From: Daphnia carinata | Taxonomy: Eukaryota | Assembly (NCBI RefSeq): GCF_022539665.2 | Contig: NC_081333.1 | Location: 10,726,001-10,790,000, forward strand | DNA: 64,000 nt | Direction of reading: 5' to 3' | Shown: positions 25,651 to 37,900 of the stretch, in pieces | How positions within the stretch are numbered: position 1 is the first letter of the stretch | How the letters are laid out: the number at the start of each line of letters is the position of its first letter | Made by a program: the position numbers and the translations under genes | The notes under the pieces: generated by a model | Told to the model about the DNA's origin: nothing | Databases searched by the model: none | The model's input: the letters and a program-made list of their open reading frames with translations, nothing else

Positions 25651-28600
25651 GTAAAAAGTTTGCATTTGGCGTGAGTTCCCATCTGTCCACCTTTTTATGT
25701 ATAAATATTTCACATTTATTATAACCCCATCTCCCCCCCCCTCCACCCAAGAAAACTCTATTGTTTCCCTAAAAAATGTGTTCTTCTCGCGTGTTTGAGT
25801 GTTTCCAAACTTTTATTCCATCTAGTAATAAAAAAAAAATTAAAATCAAATACAGAGGAACAATAAAAAGAGAATTTACAACAGCAACACAAATTGTTTC
25901 TAAACCAATAGACACAAATGAGTGTCTCTATTTTCATTTTTTGTTTTTTTGTTTTTAAAGGGAGATATCCTCATCTACTGCACAAGGTAAATCATCTAAT
26001 AAATTACCTTTGCTCTCTCTATGGCTCTGTCCACTTTATCTCTTTAACAATAGGGGCTACTATTGATGCTCTCATGTTCCGAGTGGGTTATCCTAAAAGA
26101 ATAATGTCTCGCATTGTGTACCGTCTGCAATGTTGTGCGCAATGATCAGCTTTTGGCGTGTGAGGTCACCTATAGGACGATCCGGCACATTTTGCTATAT
26201 CCCACTCTGCCCCCTCCACCTTTTTTTTTTAATGCTGTTACGGACGGATAACCTAGACACTCTGTTGGGGGTAAATATAGTTTAAAAAAAAAGGGAAAAG
26301 AAACAAAAAAAAAAAAAAATTGGGCTCCCCGTAAGGCATACACACGGGCCAAATGACGTAGAAAAATAAAAGAAGATGGAGTGTAATATGGAGCGTCCCC
26401 CTTATAGTGTTGTATACCTATGTGTCGGTTACGTTTACCTACCCCCTCTTTCGCACCCCCTGCCCTTCCTTGGGAAGAAAAAAATATCGCGCGGGCCCGT
26501 TCCATAACGTCACATAAATTCAACGAAAAAGAAAAGTCAGACAGCTTTCAAAAGTGCAAGAGGCCCCCCGAAATTTTTGTTTTTTTGGCATTACAAAAAA
26601 ATTTTTTTTTTATTTTTAGGAGGGGGGAGAAGAAAATGGAAGGAAGAGAGAGGAAAAAAAAACGATCGTGAATCCCTGCTGTTTTATGGGCCTTTTTTTT
26701 TTCCTCCCCCCATTTTTTACCTATTTATGTAATATATATACATGCAGTGTATATACGTAAGCGTACTTGCGGCAGCCGTACGAAATATAGTGAATTATCG
26801 TAACGCTCCTCCGTGGAGAAATACGTCATCCATCACGGGCCAAGATTGGGTGACTTTTCTTTTCTAACACGGAATTATTTATCGTTTTCTTTTTTCTTTT
26901 CTTTCTTTCTTTTTTTAAATATCCGTTTTCTTGTATGTACAAATGCTAACCTTCACCGCTACGCCAATTACAAGCGCCATTTTTTCCCGGGTACCTCATT
27001 TTTGCACCTGTACCTGGCAAAAAAAAAAGTGTGTTGTCCACTTCATGATATTCTTTTCCTTTTCTCATTAAATTTTGTTTCAATACGGTGAAAAAGGCTG
27101 ACCTGATTGTAATCATTTCTCTCTCTGTGTGGGCCCACACAATCATATCCTTGTATCTAAGGCAGAAAAGAAATGATTACATTTTTTTGTTTCGCTAAAG
27201 GGACTCATCATCGCCATTGGCTTCTTCACGACGATTACCTAGCGAACGGCACTTGCACGCGCACTTGATGCAAATGGCGGGGTAGAGAGAGACGAGGATG
27301 TTGTATTGGTTAAGGTAGTCGTCTGCGAACCGGACGACGAGATGATTATAGACCACTAGTTCATTATCGGTAGTATATAACATTCTTTTTTTTTGTTTTG
27401 TTTCTTCGTTTAAAACACAGAGAGATCCAAGACTCCTCCTCTTTTCTTCTTCTTGAAAAATGTAGTATAGAAATTGAGCCCGAAAGCGTTGACGTGCCAC
27501 GCATCAAACAAGCACCAGAGGGAAAAGAAAAAATCCCTAACGTTTAATTTTTTTCTTTTCTTTTTCTTTTCCTCCCGCTTGTGTCTAGTGTAGTAAGCGA
27601 TGTATATTTTGGTTGGCTGCTTATGTAATTGGGGTTAATGGCGTAGCAGCATGAACGCTAAAAGAAAAACACATTTGCTGCCCCCACCGAGTTTTCCATG
27701 CGGATGAAACGCATAAACGACGTGCCAGCAGTTTTTTCTTTCTTTCTTTTTTTTTCGTTTTACAACGGAACGTCACAGCAGCAACTGTGTTATCTCTGAT
27801 TCAAATCAACAAAAGAATATATCCTATGATTTTTTTTTTCTTACGTTTTTTTCATGACGATGGCAGCCGCTCGTCGTCTACACGGCAAAGTGGCGTGAGC
27901 GATTCCAATCAAGATACAAACAATTAACGATCGACCAGCCGCCATCATCCATTTTGCCTTCCTGATTTTTGGTCTTCTTCTTCTTCTTTCGGGTGTGTGT
28001 ATACATAAGGCGGCGGGCCGCTTCGAAGAGTTCGATCAGAATCTCACTTATGGCCAGCCGTTACTCCCGACGCCTGTTTCTCTCTCTTTTTTTCTTCCCC
28101 CCCTTGTGAATGTGAAGCCTCGTTAGATATAGTTTTTGTTGGTCTGGATTGCGCTATGTCTATGGTACTCATACAGTTGTTTTCTCGCTTGGCCCTGATC
28201 GAAATCAGTGTGTGGCCGACTTCCATATTTCTCTCCCTTCTGACGTCGTTGTTGTTGCTCTTCTTGGTAACTCTTTCTTTAACAGGTTGATAAAATATGC
28301 TGATGAGTACGCGGCTGCTTAGAACATTTTTGTCTTCCTGTTGCTTCACGAAAAGTCAGGCTAATGATTCTCAGCGGGGTCTTCTTTTCGTTTCTCCAGA
28401 TATTCTACAGATACTGCAACACTCTCTTTCGCTGCTGTCGGCCTCGTTTTCAAAACAAAAAAGAATACGTAATTCTGCCAACCGATGCAGAAAGTTGTTA
28501 TTTTCAAATGGTTCAAGACTGCTGTCTTGGCTGCCAGCGCAACTATGTATTAATCAATAAAATACGTACAGTCTTTACTCCTTCTAGTTTCAGTGGCTTG

Positions 28601-28975
28601 AGAATATAGGTAACACGAAAAGCAGACAAGTCGAGCTTAGTTGCATTTTATATGTATATGTATTTTCATTCGTTTTATTATTACTATGTTTTCTTTTCTT
28701 CCCAAACAAAATGGAAAGAAACGAAAAAAAAATTGAAGACAGAGAGTGTGTTATTGGAGCGTTTGGAGCATTCCGACGGACATTGATAATTTACCGCTTC
28801 CATAAATCATTCCATTTCTTTTTTTTTTTTTTTTTTTTTTAAAGCTCAAACATTTTTTTTTTTTTCTCTACTTGAGACTTTTCTCAGAATATTATATCCG
28901 AGCCATGATTTATGTCGCCAATTAAGATCTCTGGTATCATCAGGATAGAAAGGCCAATGGATTGTATATACGTTT

Positions 28976-28977
<2 letters not shown>

Positions 28978-29021
<44 letters not shown>
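28978..29021 (+). repeat. (TG)22 microsatellite
   Basis: Direct reading. Confidence 0.9.
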
Positions 29022-29023
<2 letters not shown>

Positions 29024-29588
29024 GTCTGCGGGAGAAAAGGAAATCGGGGCGGGAGAAACAAGAAACGAAGGACAGATGGGAAAAAACGCATTCGATGTAA
29101 ATACATAAACGGGGCCCTCAATTATGTACACGAATTTTGTGACGGGTTTTGTAATGTATATCTATCGCTGCATCGTATATACACACGTTTGCACACACAG
29201 AGTCGGACGAATCGAAAATATGTAGTTAAAAAAAAGGAAGGCGGTACCGGATCTCTTTAGATTGGCCGATTAAATAATTTCTTATCATCAAGGTCGTTCC
29301 CTTAATTTCTCTCATTCCTAAGCTTCCGTTTTGGTATTTATTTTTATTTGAAAATTGTTGTTATGTATGTCGATTGTTTGACAAGTCATGTTTCTATGAT
29401 AAACTTCCCTTTTTTCCGATGTCCTTGTCAAGATTGACCGACTAATTGCGTCGGCTTCATTTAACAAGAAAAAACAAAAAGGAATAGATATAGGAAAGCG
29501 ATCACGACTGCTTGTGAGGTAATATTGGTAGTCGTTTGGAGATTGTCGTTAGGGTGTACTATAGTACCATTAAAACAATGGTATATTG

Positions 29589-29766
29589 ACTTTGAACTGC
29601 AACAACTCAAAAACTATAAATCCCACGAAAAAACAAAGTCAATTTCTTCGATTCCCGTTAAATATTGCACATAAATCTTGTGCATTTATAGCTATATCTT
29701 AATTTTTTGGCCAAATAATGAAAAACTCGGGCTTAATTTGTCGGGCTTAGTTTGTCGGGCTTATTT
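29589..29766 (-). repeat. Diverged inverted fragment of the same repeat family
   Basis: ...aaactataaatcccacgaaaaaacaaagtcaatttcttcgattcc...ttttggccaaataatgaaaaa aligns by eye to the reverse complement of the unit's right arm. It is followed by three tandem TCGGGCTTA motifs (29727-29766), the reverse complement of the TAAGCCCGA spacer. Confidence 0.6.
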
Positions 29767-31099
29767 TTTTTTTTTCGAGTAGATGACATCTCACGCTAAA
29801 GACTCATAGACCTCCAGTAAGACTTAATATTATATGTTTAGAAATTAAAGCCATCGGCTTTGAATTTTGCCTATATAGCTTGTAAGGAAAAAAAAAAGAG
29901 GATGAAAGAAGGGAGGAATTTTCGCGGCTCTCGACATGCCCGACCGCCATCATTTGCCGACTGGAATTCTTCTTTTTTTTTCAATTTTTACGAGCATTTT
30001 TTCTTTCCGTTTCGCAGAGAGCCCACCATGAAACATCGTCCTATATATAAATACATAAAGATTTTGATATAATAAATATAATAATAAAAAAAAAATGAAG
30101 CCGATTTTTCTTCTTCTTCTTTTTTTTTTATTTAGCCCTTCTATTGACCGCTGCTGGGCAAAGCTGGAAAGACACTAAATAAAAAGGAAGATAAAAAAAA
30201 AAGCTACAATTTTGAGCATATCAAAAGACACTGGCTGTGGGCCACCTTTTGATGTTGCAGAGTGGCAGCAGAATTTTTTTTTTATTTGGCTGGAACCGAA
30301 AAAATTCACCGTTCAGCCATCGGTTGTACCGTGCGGAATCATCATCATTATCGTTCGGTATGTAACGGCTGCTCCTCTTTTCTTTTTATTGGAGATGTGG
30401 AGCATCATCTACTTTCTTTCCTGCAGGCCATCTTCGTCTACACACTCGCTTCTTTTTTTTTTTAATAGTCTGTATTATATGTGTGTGCTCTACCTATGTT
30501 CCTTGTACAGGTAAGGTCCTCTACCTTCTTTTGAATCATTAGTCGGTTCGGTTCACTCGCCCCACACCGTTTCACGTAGTTATTATCAGTTGTATGGCTC
30601 TCCTTCTGTCTCTTTTTATGCATATTGCATCATTTGAGTTCTCTGCATCAGAGGGCCGGTGGCCATTTGCTTCTCGTCTATATGCCCCCCTTTTTTTTTT
30701 TCCTCTTTTACGATCTTGCGAACCGCTCGACTTCGTTAGTCGTATGCCATCGCGTGCTAATAGAATGGGAAGATATTTAAACGAAGCGGGGAGATGTTTA
30801 ATTTCTTGCCCTTGGGTGATTGAACGCTCTTTGATGAATGAAATGCTGATATCGAGGTGTTAGCTCAAATGCATTTAGTCGTGCGACGTACGTGAGATCG
30901 ACAGCTGTGAGTTTTGACTTCTCTAAACGATCCGTGTCATAAAACGACGAGAATTCCTTTTCGTTTCAAATTGGTTTCATTAAAAATTGCTTCTCACTTC
31001 AAATTGTTCTTCCTCATTTCATTTTCTAGGGAATGCATAAGGCACAACACGATCCGCGTTTATAAATTTGAATATTGCGTACAGGTGTGTATTTTCTAC

Positions 31100-31990
31100 A
31101 CATTTGCAATTGAAAATTGAACGAGGAACACGAAAATGGGCTTCGTTTTCACGTGGAACTGATTACCGTTTACCTGAGATATACAGTAGCTTTAACACTG
31201 AGATGCAGCACAATAGTTTATGAAATATTATTTAAAATAGTTCATAAATGGACGTCTTGACGAGGAAATGAACCAGTTATTCGAAATAAACATTGGATTT
31301 TGAGTATGACTTTTGATTTTGGGCGAATTGCAAAAAGTCGAGTTTAAAAAAATAAGCCCGACAATTGATTTTTTTTTTTTTTTTTACGTAGTTATGGCTT
31401 TAAAACGAGTTACATTTTAGAACTCAGCGTTCAATTGTGAATGTAACGCGTGGTTTTTATTTATTTCCGATGGATTTTGGTTTTTAGTCGATTTTGACAA
31501 AAGTGGGAAGGCTATAGCCTTCCCACTTTTTCATTTTTGGCTAAAATCTAAATTTCGTTAAAAATACATCGTTTCGATTGGAAATCACACAAGGATCACG
31601 AAAATCGACGTTATTTTCTCGTGGGACTGATAGTTTCAAAGTTATTGGACTTTTAAGTGGATGCGGGGCTTGAAAAATAAACCCTACAAAATAAGCCCGA
31701 CATTTCAATAATTTGTTTTTATTTTTAAAAACACAGACATTTCATTAAAATGCGTTATGTTTTTGAATTCTACGTTTAGTTGTGAATATAGTACGTGGTT
31801 TTTATAGATTTTCAAGAGATTTTGGTTTTTGGCTGATTTTGACAAAAGTTAGAAGGCTATAGCCTTCCCACTTTTTCATTTTTGGCTAAAATTTAGATAT
31901 CGTTAAAAATGCATCGTTTCGATTCAAAATTAAACGAGGATCACGAAAACGAGCTTCATTTTGACGTGAGACTTACGTTCTTTGAATTAA
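31100..31990. mobile_element. Foldback/MITE-like palindromic tandem repeat, array A (two clear units 345 bp apart plus degenerate 5' fragments)
   Basis: Perfect 32-bp palindrome AAAAGTGGGAAGGCTATAGCCTTCCCACTTTT at 31499-31530 and a variant at 31844-31875. Flanks are shared between units and with array B. Spacer motif AATAAGCCCGACA at about 31351 and 31690. No coding capacity. The repeat is directly visible; the TE classification is inferred. Confidence 0.7.
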
Positions 31991-34900
31991 AGGCTTCTTT
32001 CCTTTGTTTTTATGTTGTTTTTCCTTAGACAGGTTTTACCCCACGGTGTTTGTTACGCCCTTCAACATCTATCTGTTGCACATTTTCTGCGTAACAGGTC
32101 CAGAGGACTGTTGCATTATGTTCTTGTTTTTTCCGATAAAAAAAAAATTATCAGGTAAATAATGATAGAACTTGACAACGATTGCCAATCAGCGCTCCGG
32201 TATTTTTCGCAACATCGAATTAATGAAAATACGTTCACCAGACACGTACGACAAACGCATTCCGATTAAGGCAGCGTATAATAAACACGAAACTTGTTTA
32301 CGTATCCCGCGCTACAAAAATAAAAAATGTTCCTAAAATAGTGCAAAATACCACAAACAAGTTTTTTTTTGTTTTGACTGGCCACGTTCGCTGTTGCGTA
32401 TAGACAACCGGCCGGTGTGTTGAGATTCCAAGACAATCAACGACCGCCACCTGCGGATCACAACAATATCTTTTAATAGCATTTCCCGAAAATTTTATTG
32501 AAGCATTCCAAGTGTGTCTCCCCACCCAGCTATAATCACGGTGGGTTCTTCCGTCATCAGCGAGAAAAGAAACAAAACGAAAAAAAAGATTCACGCAGTT
32601 CGAACCGAATGGGAAGTGAATGTAGCGAAAAAAACTGCGCTTGCGTCAAATCTATTTTTGTTGTCACAAATCGCACGAGTTCAATCGGATCTTACCGACT
32701 CGATAGCAACTGCCGACGCGCTCGAACATCTGCGTTTTATGTGGGTAGCTGAAAACGAGTTATGTAAAAAGCACTGGAACGAAACAAAAACAGGATTTTC
32801 GTGGCGTCGGCTATTTTAGTTTTTCCTGTGTGTAAACCTTGTGCGAAATGTTTTGCTTTCTCAAGCCGCGCTTGAAACTTCTGTCTCGTTTTCTTAGTTC
32901 GATTTGTTGTACATTCATTTAATCGCGCACATTTTCAATTGAGTTTTCTTTTTCGGCGTACATCGAATGCCGTCCGTCTTTAACCCATCTGTTTGGAATG
33001 CCATTGCGCGTTTGAATGGATCAAAACGATGTTGGGAAAAAGCCATGCACACACACTAGATCAAATGCTCTGTAAACATCGATAGACCTTTTTTTTTGGA
33101 AATCTTCTTCCACTCAATAACTCTAAATGAATTTTTTTTCCCTTTTATCCATTTTTTTTTTTGATCGGCTCTTCGTAGCATTGATACAAATCATTTTCTG
33201 ATTGTAAGCTTACTGTAGATATTTATAGAACGGACAGCCGAAAGGGGCCCAGCTCTATGAAACAGCATCGTTCTATTTATCGATGATATTTATGGAACCT
33301 CTTCTTTTATTGAGTCTCTGTATGCACACAGAGAGATTTCAATGCTAGTAAACGTACACCGATTTGTTGTACAAGAACTAAATAATAAATAATAATCATA
33401 ACAAAAAAAAAAAAGAAAAGGATAGGTGCTATTGGCCCTTCTTTTTGGTGTCCATTGAAAGCGGCTATTGGGAAAAGCAAAGTGTTGCTTTCTGATGGCG
33501 GAGGTGAGTTGTGTTGCCCTTCATTCCACTCAGTTGAACTTGTTGCAGTGACCCTTTTTTTTATTTTTCATGCCGGCTGTTGCGGCAGCACCCACCGTTC
33601 TATAAACTATAATCATTCAAATGCAGTCAATAAATTTCGTTGTATGTTTAAAAAATTACACAAATCTAGTAAGGCATAAGCTTCTCTTGACCCGAAAAAA
33701 AGAAGAACAGGAAGACGGAAAAAAAAGAGAGGGATCGTCTTCCTTTTTTTGGGGGGGGGGAGTCGTTCCATGATATTACAAGATACCATTTTATCCAGTT
33801 TATACAAGGAATGGTGGTTGTGTCACACAGTGAAAACATTGGACATTTCTTTTTCGTTCTATAACAAATCCCCCCTTTCGTCCAACCCCTCATTTTTGAA
33901 TAGTTTTCACGGTGTCTCGATTTCCCAGTGTGGCATAAAAACGTGTATAGATCTTAGGAGGGGCAACTTTTATTTGACTCAGACGCCATTTTGATGCTCC
34001 CAACTCGTCCACTCGCTGACGATTGTGTCTCTTTATTTATATCCATTTTGTGTGTGTGTGTGTGTGTATGTGTGTACGTGTGTATGTTTTTTCTTCATTC
34101 CCTTTTACGAAAGTCGTGTGCTGCAGCTCGTCATGGAACGCAGAGTAATATACTAGATGCATCAAGGCGATCGTAAAACGTGAAAATATGTTCGGTCGTA
34201 ACTTCTTTCAGTCTGTGGGTTCTACAGCAGTTCAAGTATTCGATCCAGCAACTCGAATTGGGGGATTTCAAAAAAATTGGAAGAGGGGGAAGCAAACGAA
34301 GGGAGTCGTCGAATTGCTGGCCAACTCAAAAAAAAAAAAAAAAAAAAAAGACGATCGTGTCCTTGTTGTCGCTTGCCCAGTCTCAATGGCATTCTTTCGT
34401 CAGTGTATATCTATACTATAAATAGAAAAGAAGATCTAGAGGATAGCCGAGCACAAACAGCTGAGAATCCTGAGACATCCGCACACACCAAGGTGTAGCT
34501 ATGGGCTATATAATAGAAGGTAGGAGGTGACGGTAAAGGGAGGATTGGGCGAAATGCAAGTCGTTAAAATTGTGTGGCTTTTATTCTCTTCTTCTTCCTT
34601 TTTTTTTTGAAAATAATCATAATAATGATAACGGAGCTCACCCGGACCGAAACTGGATGGCTCGTACGCGCATCAATAGAAGATCATTAGTCAAACGGTG
34701 GGGGGAATATGAAGAAGGAGAACAAGAAAATAAAAAGAAGAAGAAAAGCCAAACATTTTTTTTTTTTTTTATAACACACACACACAGATACAAAAAAGGC
34801 CACGCATCCAAATGGTTTGGAATCTATTTATACGTCGCTGCTCCAGTGACAATTTGCTACAGAAAAAAATGTCGACCATCAACTCGCTTATCTATTTCTT

Positions 34901-37900
34901 TTTCTCAATGCACAGGAATCTGCCATTAAAACACAATAGGTCAAAAGCCATATAAATGATTCCCTTATACAGACACACACAGACACACACACACGATACA
35001 CGTACTGATTGATGCGCATTTATCTGCGGCGAACTGCTGGACTTGGGAGGATTTGTAGCACGGGAGGGTTTCGATGGAAGAATGGCAACCAAACAGATTG
35101 GTCCGATGTTAGGGGAAGGTCCAATATGGCAAACTGTATCGAACTTGCACACATGAAAAGCACATTATTTGTTCTTTTTTATTTCTTCCCCTTGCCGGTG
35201 TTTTTCTTTCTCGTTCGCCCCTATTTTTAGAAATGAGACAGCAATAAAATTGTGACAGCGTGCTGCCTTTTGGTACACTGTTGTTGTTTTTGTTTGTTCA
35301 AGTTTTTTTTTTTTCTCTTCAATTTTTAGTGTCCTGTAAACTTCCCCAAAATAGGAAATAAAGGTCATCCGGTCACAGAGTCATATCCGGATATTTGGGG
35401 ACCGAAAAAAAGAAAAGATTAGACACAAACACAGACGCACAAAAAGCGGATATCATATTTCATCTTCTCCCTTCACAGTTACCTTTATATAAAAGGTATC
35501 ATTTACCCTGTACGAAACTGCACCTTTGTTGATTATTTTTGGCCACTTTTTTTCTGTTATTTTGCGCACTGTGTTTCTCCGTTGAATCGCCTTAGTAATC
35601 TACTGAAATAAAAACAAGAGCGAAGGACACAATGTTTCTTCTTGCGTATAGAAAAAAATTCCTTGTTGTCTGGTCTTATTATTCTTTTGTTTTTACGATT
35701 GTTTGTCCCACCACTTGCATTCGTTTTTATCGTCTCCTTCTCTCCTCCCTCATTCTTCCTTAAGTGCTTCTAATTGGACCGGTCTTCAACAAGCCCTAGT
35801 TATATTTCTACTACTTACCTTGTTGATGAAATGGCCACTATGAAAATGGGTTCGTAACAAGTTTTGACGAGCCCACTAGAGGCACTGCTCTCTTCTCTTT
35901 CAAATAACGTCTACACACACACAAAAAGACTATGTAGTTTTTCTTTGTGTTATATAGGACTTTAAATATATTACGCCGTTGTCGCCCCTCAATATTAAAG
36001 TGTTATTTTCTTTTAATTGACCAGCAAGCACAGAGCCCGAACTATAACGACCAATAGTGGCCGGGGTCTTACATTTAATTGTTGTCCGTTTCTATCTAAA
36101 CACTACTCGTTAACTCGATTGGGTTCTTACCAGTTCGCCGGGCCAACATTAACTGGCTGGACCGCTAACATTTCTTTTTTATTCTTAGTGCAATATCGCA
36201 GCAGCAATGAGAGCGATTTAAGTAAAATAGAATAACTCGATGACGGTTCACGCTGAAGTCCTTTCTCTTCGCGTAAAATACAAACATTCTTTTTCAAATT
36301 GGATTGTCTTTTCGTGTTGTTTTTTTTATAGTCCTGTTTAGCCTTAATAATGGGAGCTTATATGTCCTTTACACACCGTCCGTATAGACGGACCTTAAAA
36401 AAGGAAAGAAAGAAACTGTGGATAGAAATGATTCGGTTAACTGATGAAGGAACGAGGCAGCCAAAAGGCTTTTTAGCGTGTGGGGGTTATTTAGAAAGAC
36501 AATTTTAGATATATAAGAGGCATGTTAAGCAGAGATGAGGAGCGCGTGCGTTAATAAACAGATAAAAGTGAAACGGTCAGCGCAACGAGGCGCACACACT
36601 AAAGAAGAAAAGGGAAGGAATAAAAAAAACACAGGTAAGACATGCACTTCTGTACGTTTAAAAAAAAAAAGAGGCAAACAAGAGCTGTCTTTTTTTTTTT
36701 TTCTTTCTGTGTCTTCAATAAAAGTCTTACTCTGTAATTAGGACAGAGCGCTAGAACCCCCCCCCCCCCCCCCCCCCACTTTTTTTTTTCTTTCTCGGAT
36801 GTCATGCGGCTGATATAGCAGAAAATAAGAAGAGAGCCGCCCAGGTGGTGGTTCGAGCACGGCAAAAAAGCGGTGGCCAGAAAGGCTAAAACATTGAGCA
36901 TATAGAGTCACCTTCTCTACCCCCTGAAGGTATGATAATCACGCTCTCGTCATAATGACATTGCTCATTTCGTTCCCTCATCACAACCGAACGGACCAGC
37001 TTCTTCTTGTTCGCAGAGTGAACAAGCCTTTTCTACACGTTTTGTATTGTACAAGGCACGCGGCTGCCCCCTTTTTTTCTTTCATTTCACTTGAATTTTT
37101 GTTTTGTTTGCGTATGAGGAAAAATAAAAAGGGACTTTTTTTTTTGTTATTTTCTCATCCTATTTTTATTGTAAAAGAAAAAAGGGGGAAATCGAAAAAG
37201 CCGGTTCGTACTAGTATTTGTCTAAAACTAACGGGCTTTATGTATCGTATCGTTTTTGTGAGCTTTTCAAAATGAGAGTTTGTTGGGTTCGTATAATCTA
37301 GACTTGTGAAGGTGCTCTTCGTCTCCGGCACGTTTCAGCCTGGTGGCTGAGCCGATGACAAGTGCTGAGCACATCTCCAAGTAGCGATGACCTGGTTATC
37401 AAAAAATACTAACAAGAATTTACTGACCAGTGGGAAGAAAAAATAATAGGAAATGATTGGGCAGAATTTATTAAGACCATACCAGTTTACAAGGAAAACA
37501 AATGCATCATCATTATCGTTGGAAAACGAATCAGCTGCTACTGTTTGATTCCACGTCGTTTCTTTTCGACACATTGATTGATTTCGTTTATATCTAAAAA
37601 AGAAAAGAAACAAGGAAGGCTGCGATTAATCCACAACATGCCCAGCCCACTGATCAAACATTGACTTATGTTTGCCTCTTCGTTTTTACCTAACGAAAAA
37701 AAAAGCTACACATTTTTTATTCACACCGGTTTTCTTCCATCTCCGTGAAAGATTCAAAGCTCTTTTTTTAATTCCTGGTAAAAAAAAAAAAAAAAAATAT
37801 CGACGCCGACGTCACTTTAATGATCGATGGAGTTTTTACGCACTTTTTACGCGGTGGTCACCATCAGCCGCGAGCCGAGTTTAACCATTTTTTTTTTTTA

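Noticed and set aside
32514..32819. 101-aa ORF with fairly protein-like composition next to repeat array A
   Set aside because: No recognisable motif (no transposase signature), non-ATG start and no clear splice sites. A BLASTX or RNA-seq check would settle it.
35361..35375. AAGGTCA-TC-CGGTCA DR2/NBRE-like site
   Set aside because: Imperfect second half-site and isolated; expected by chance in 64 kb.
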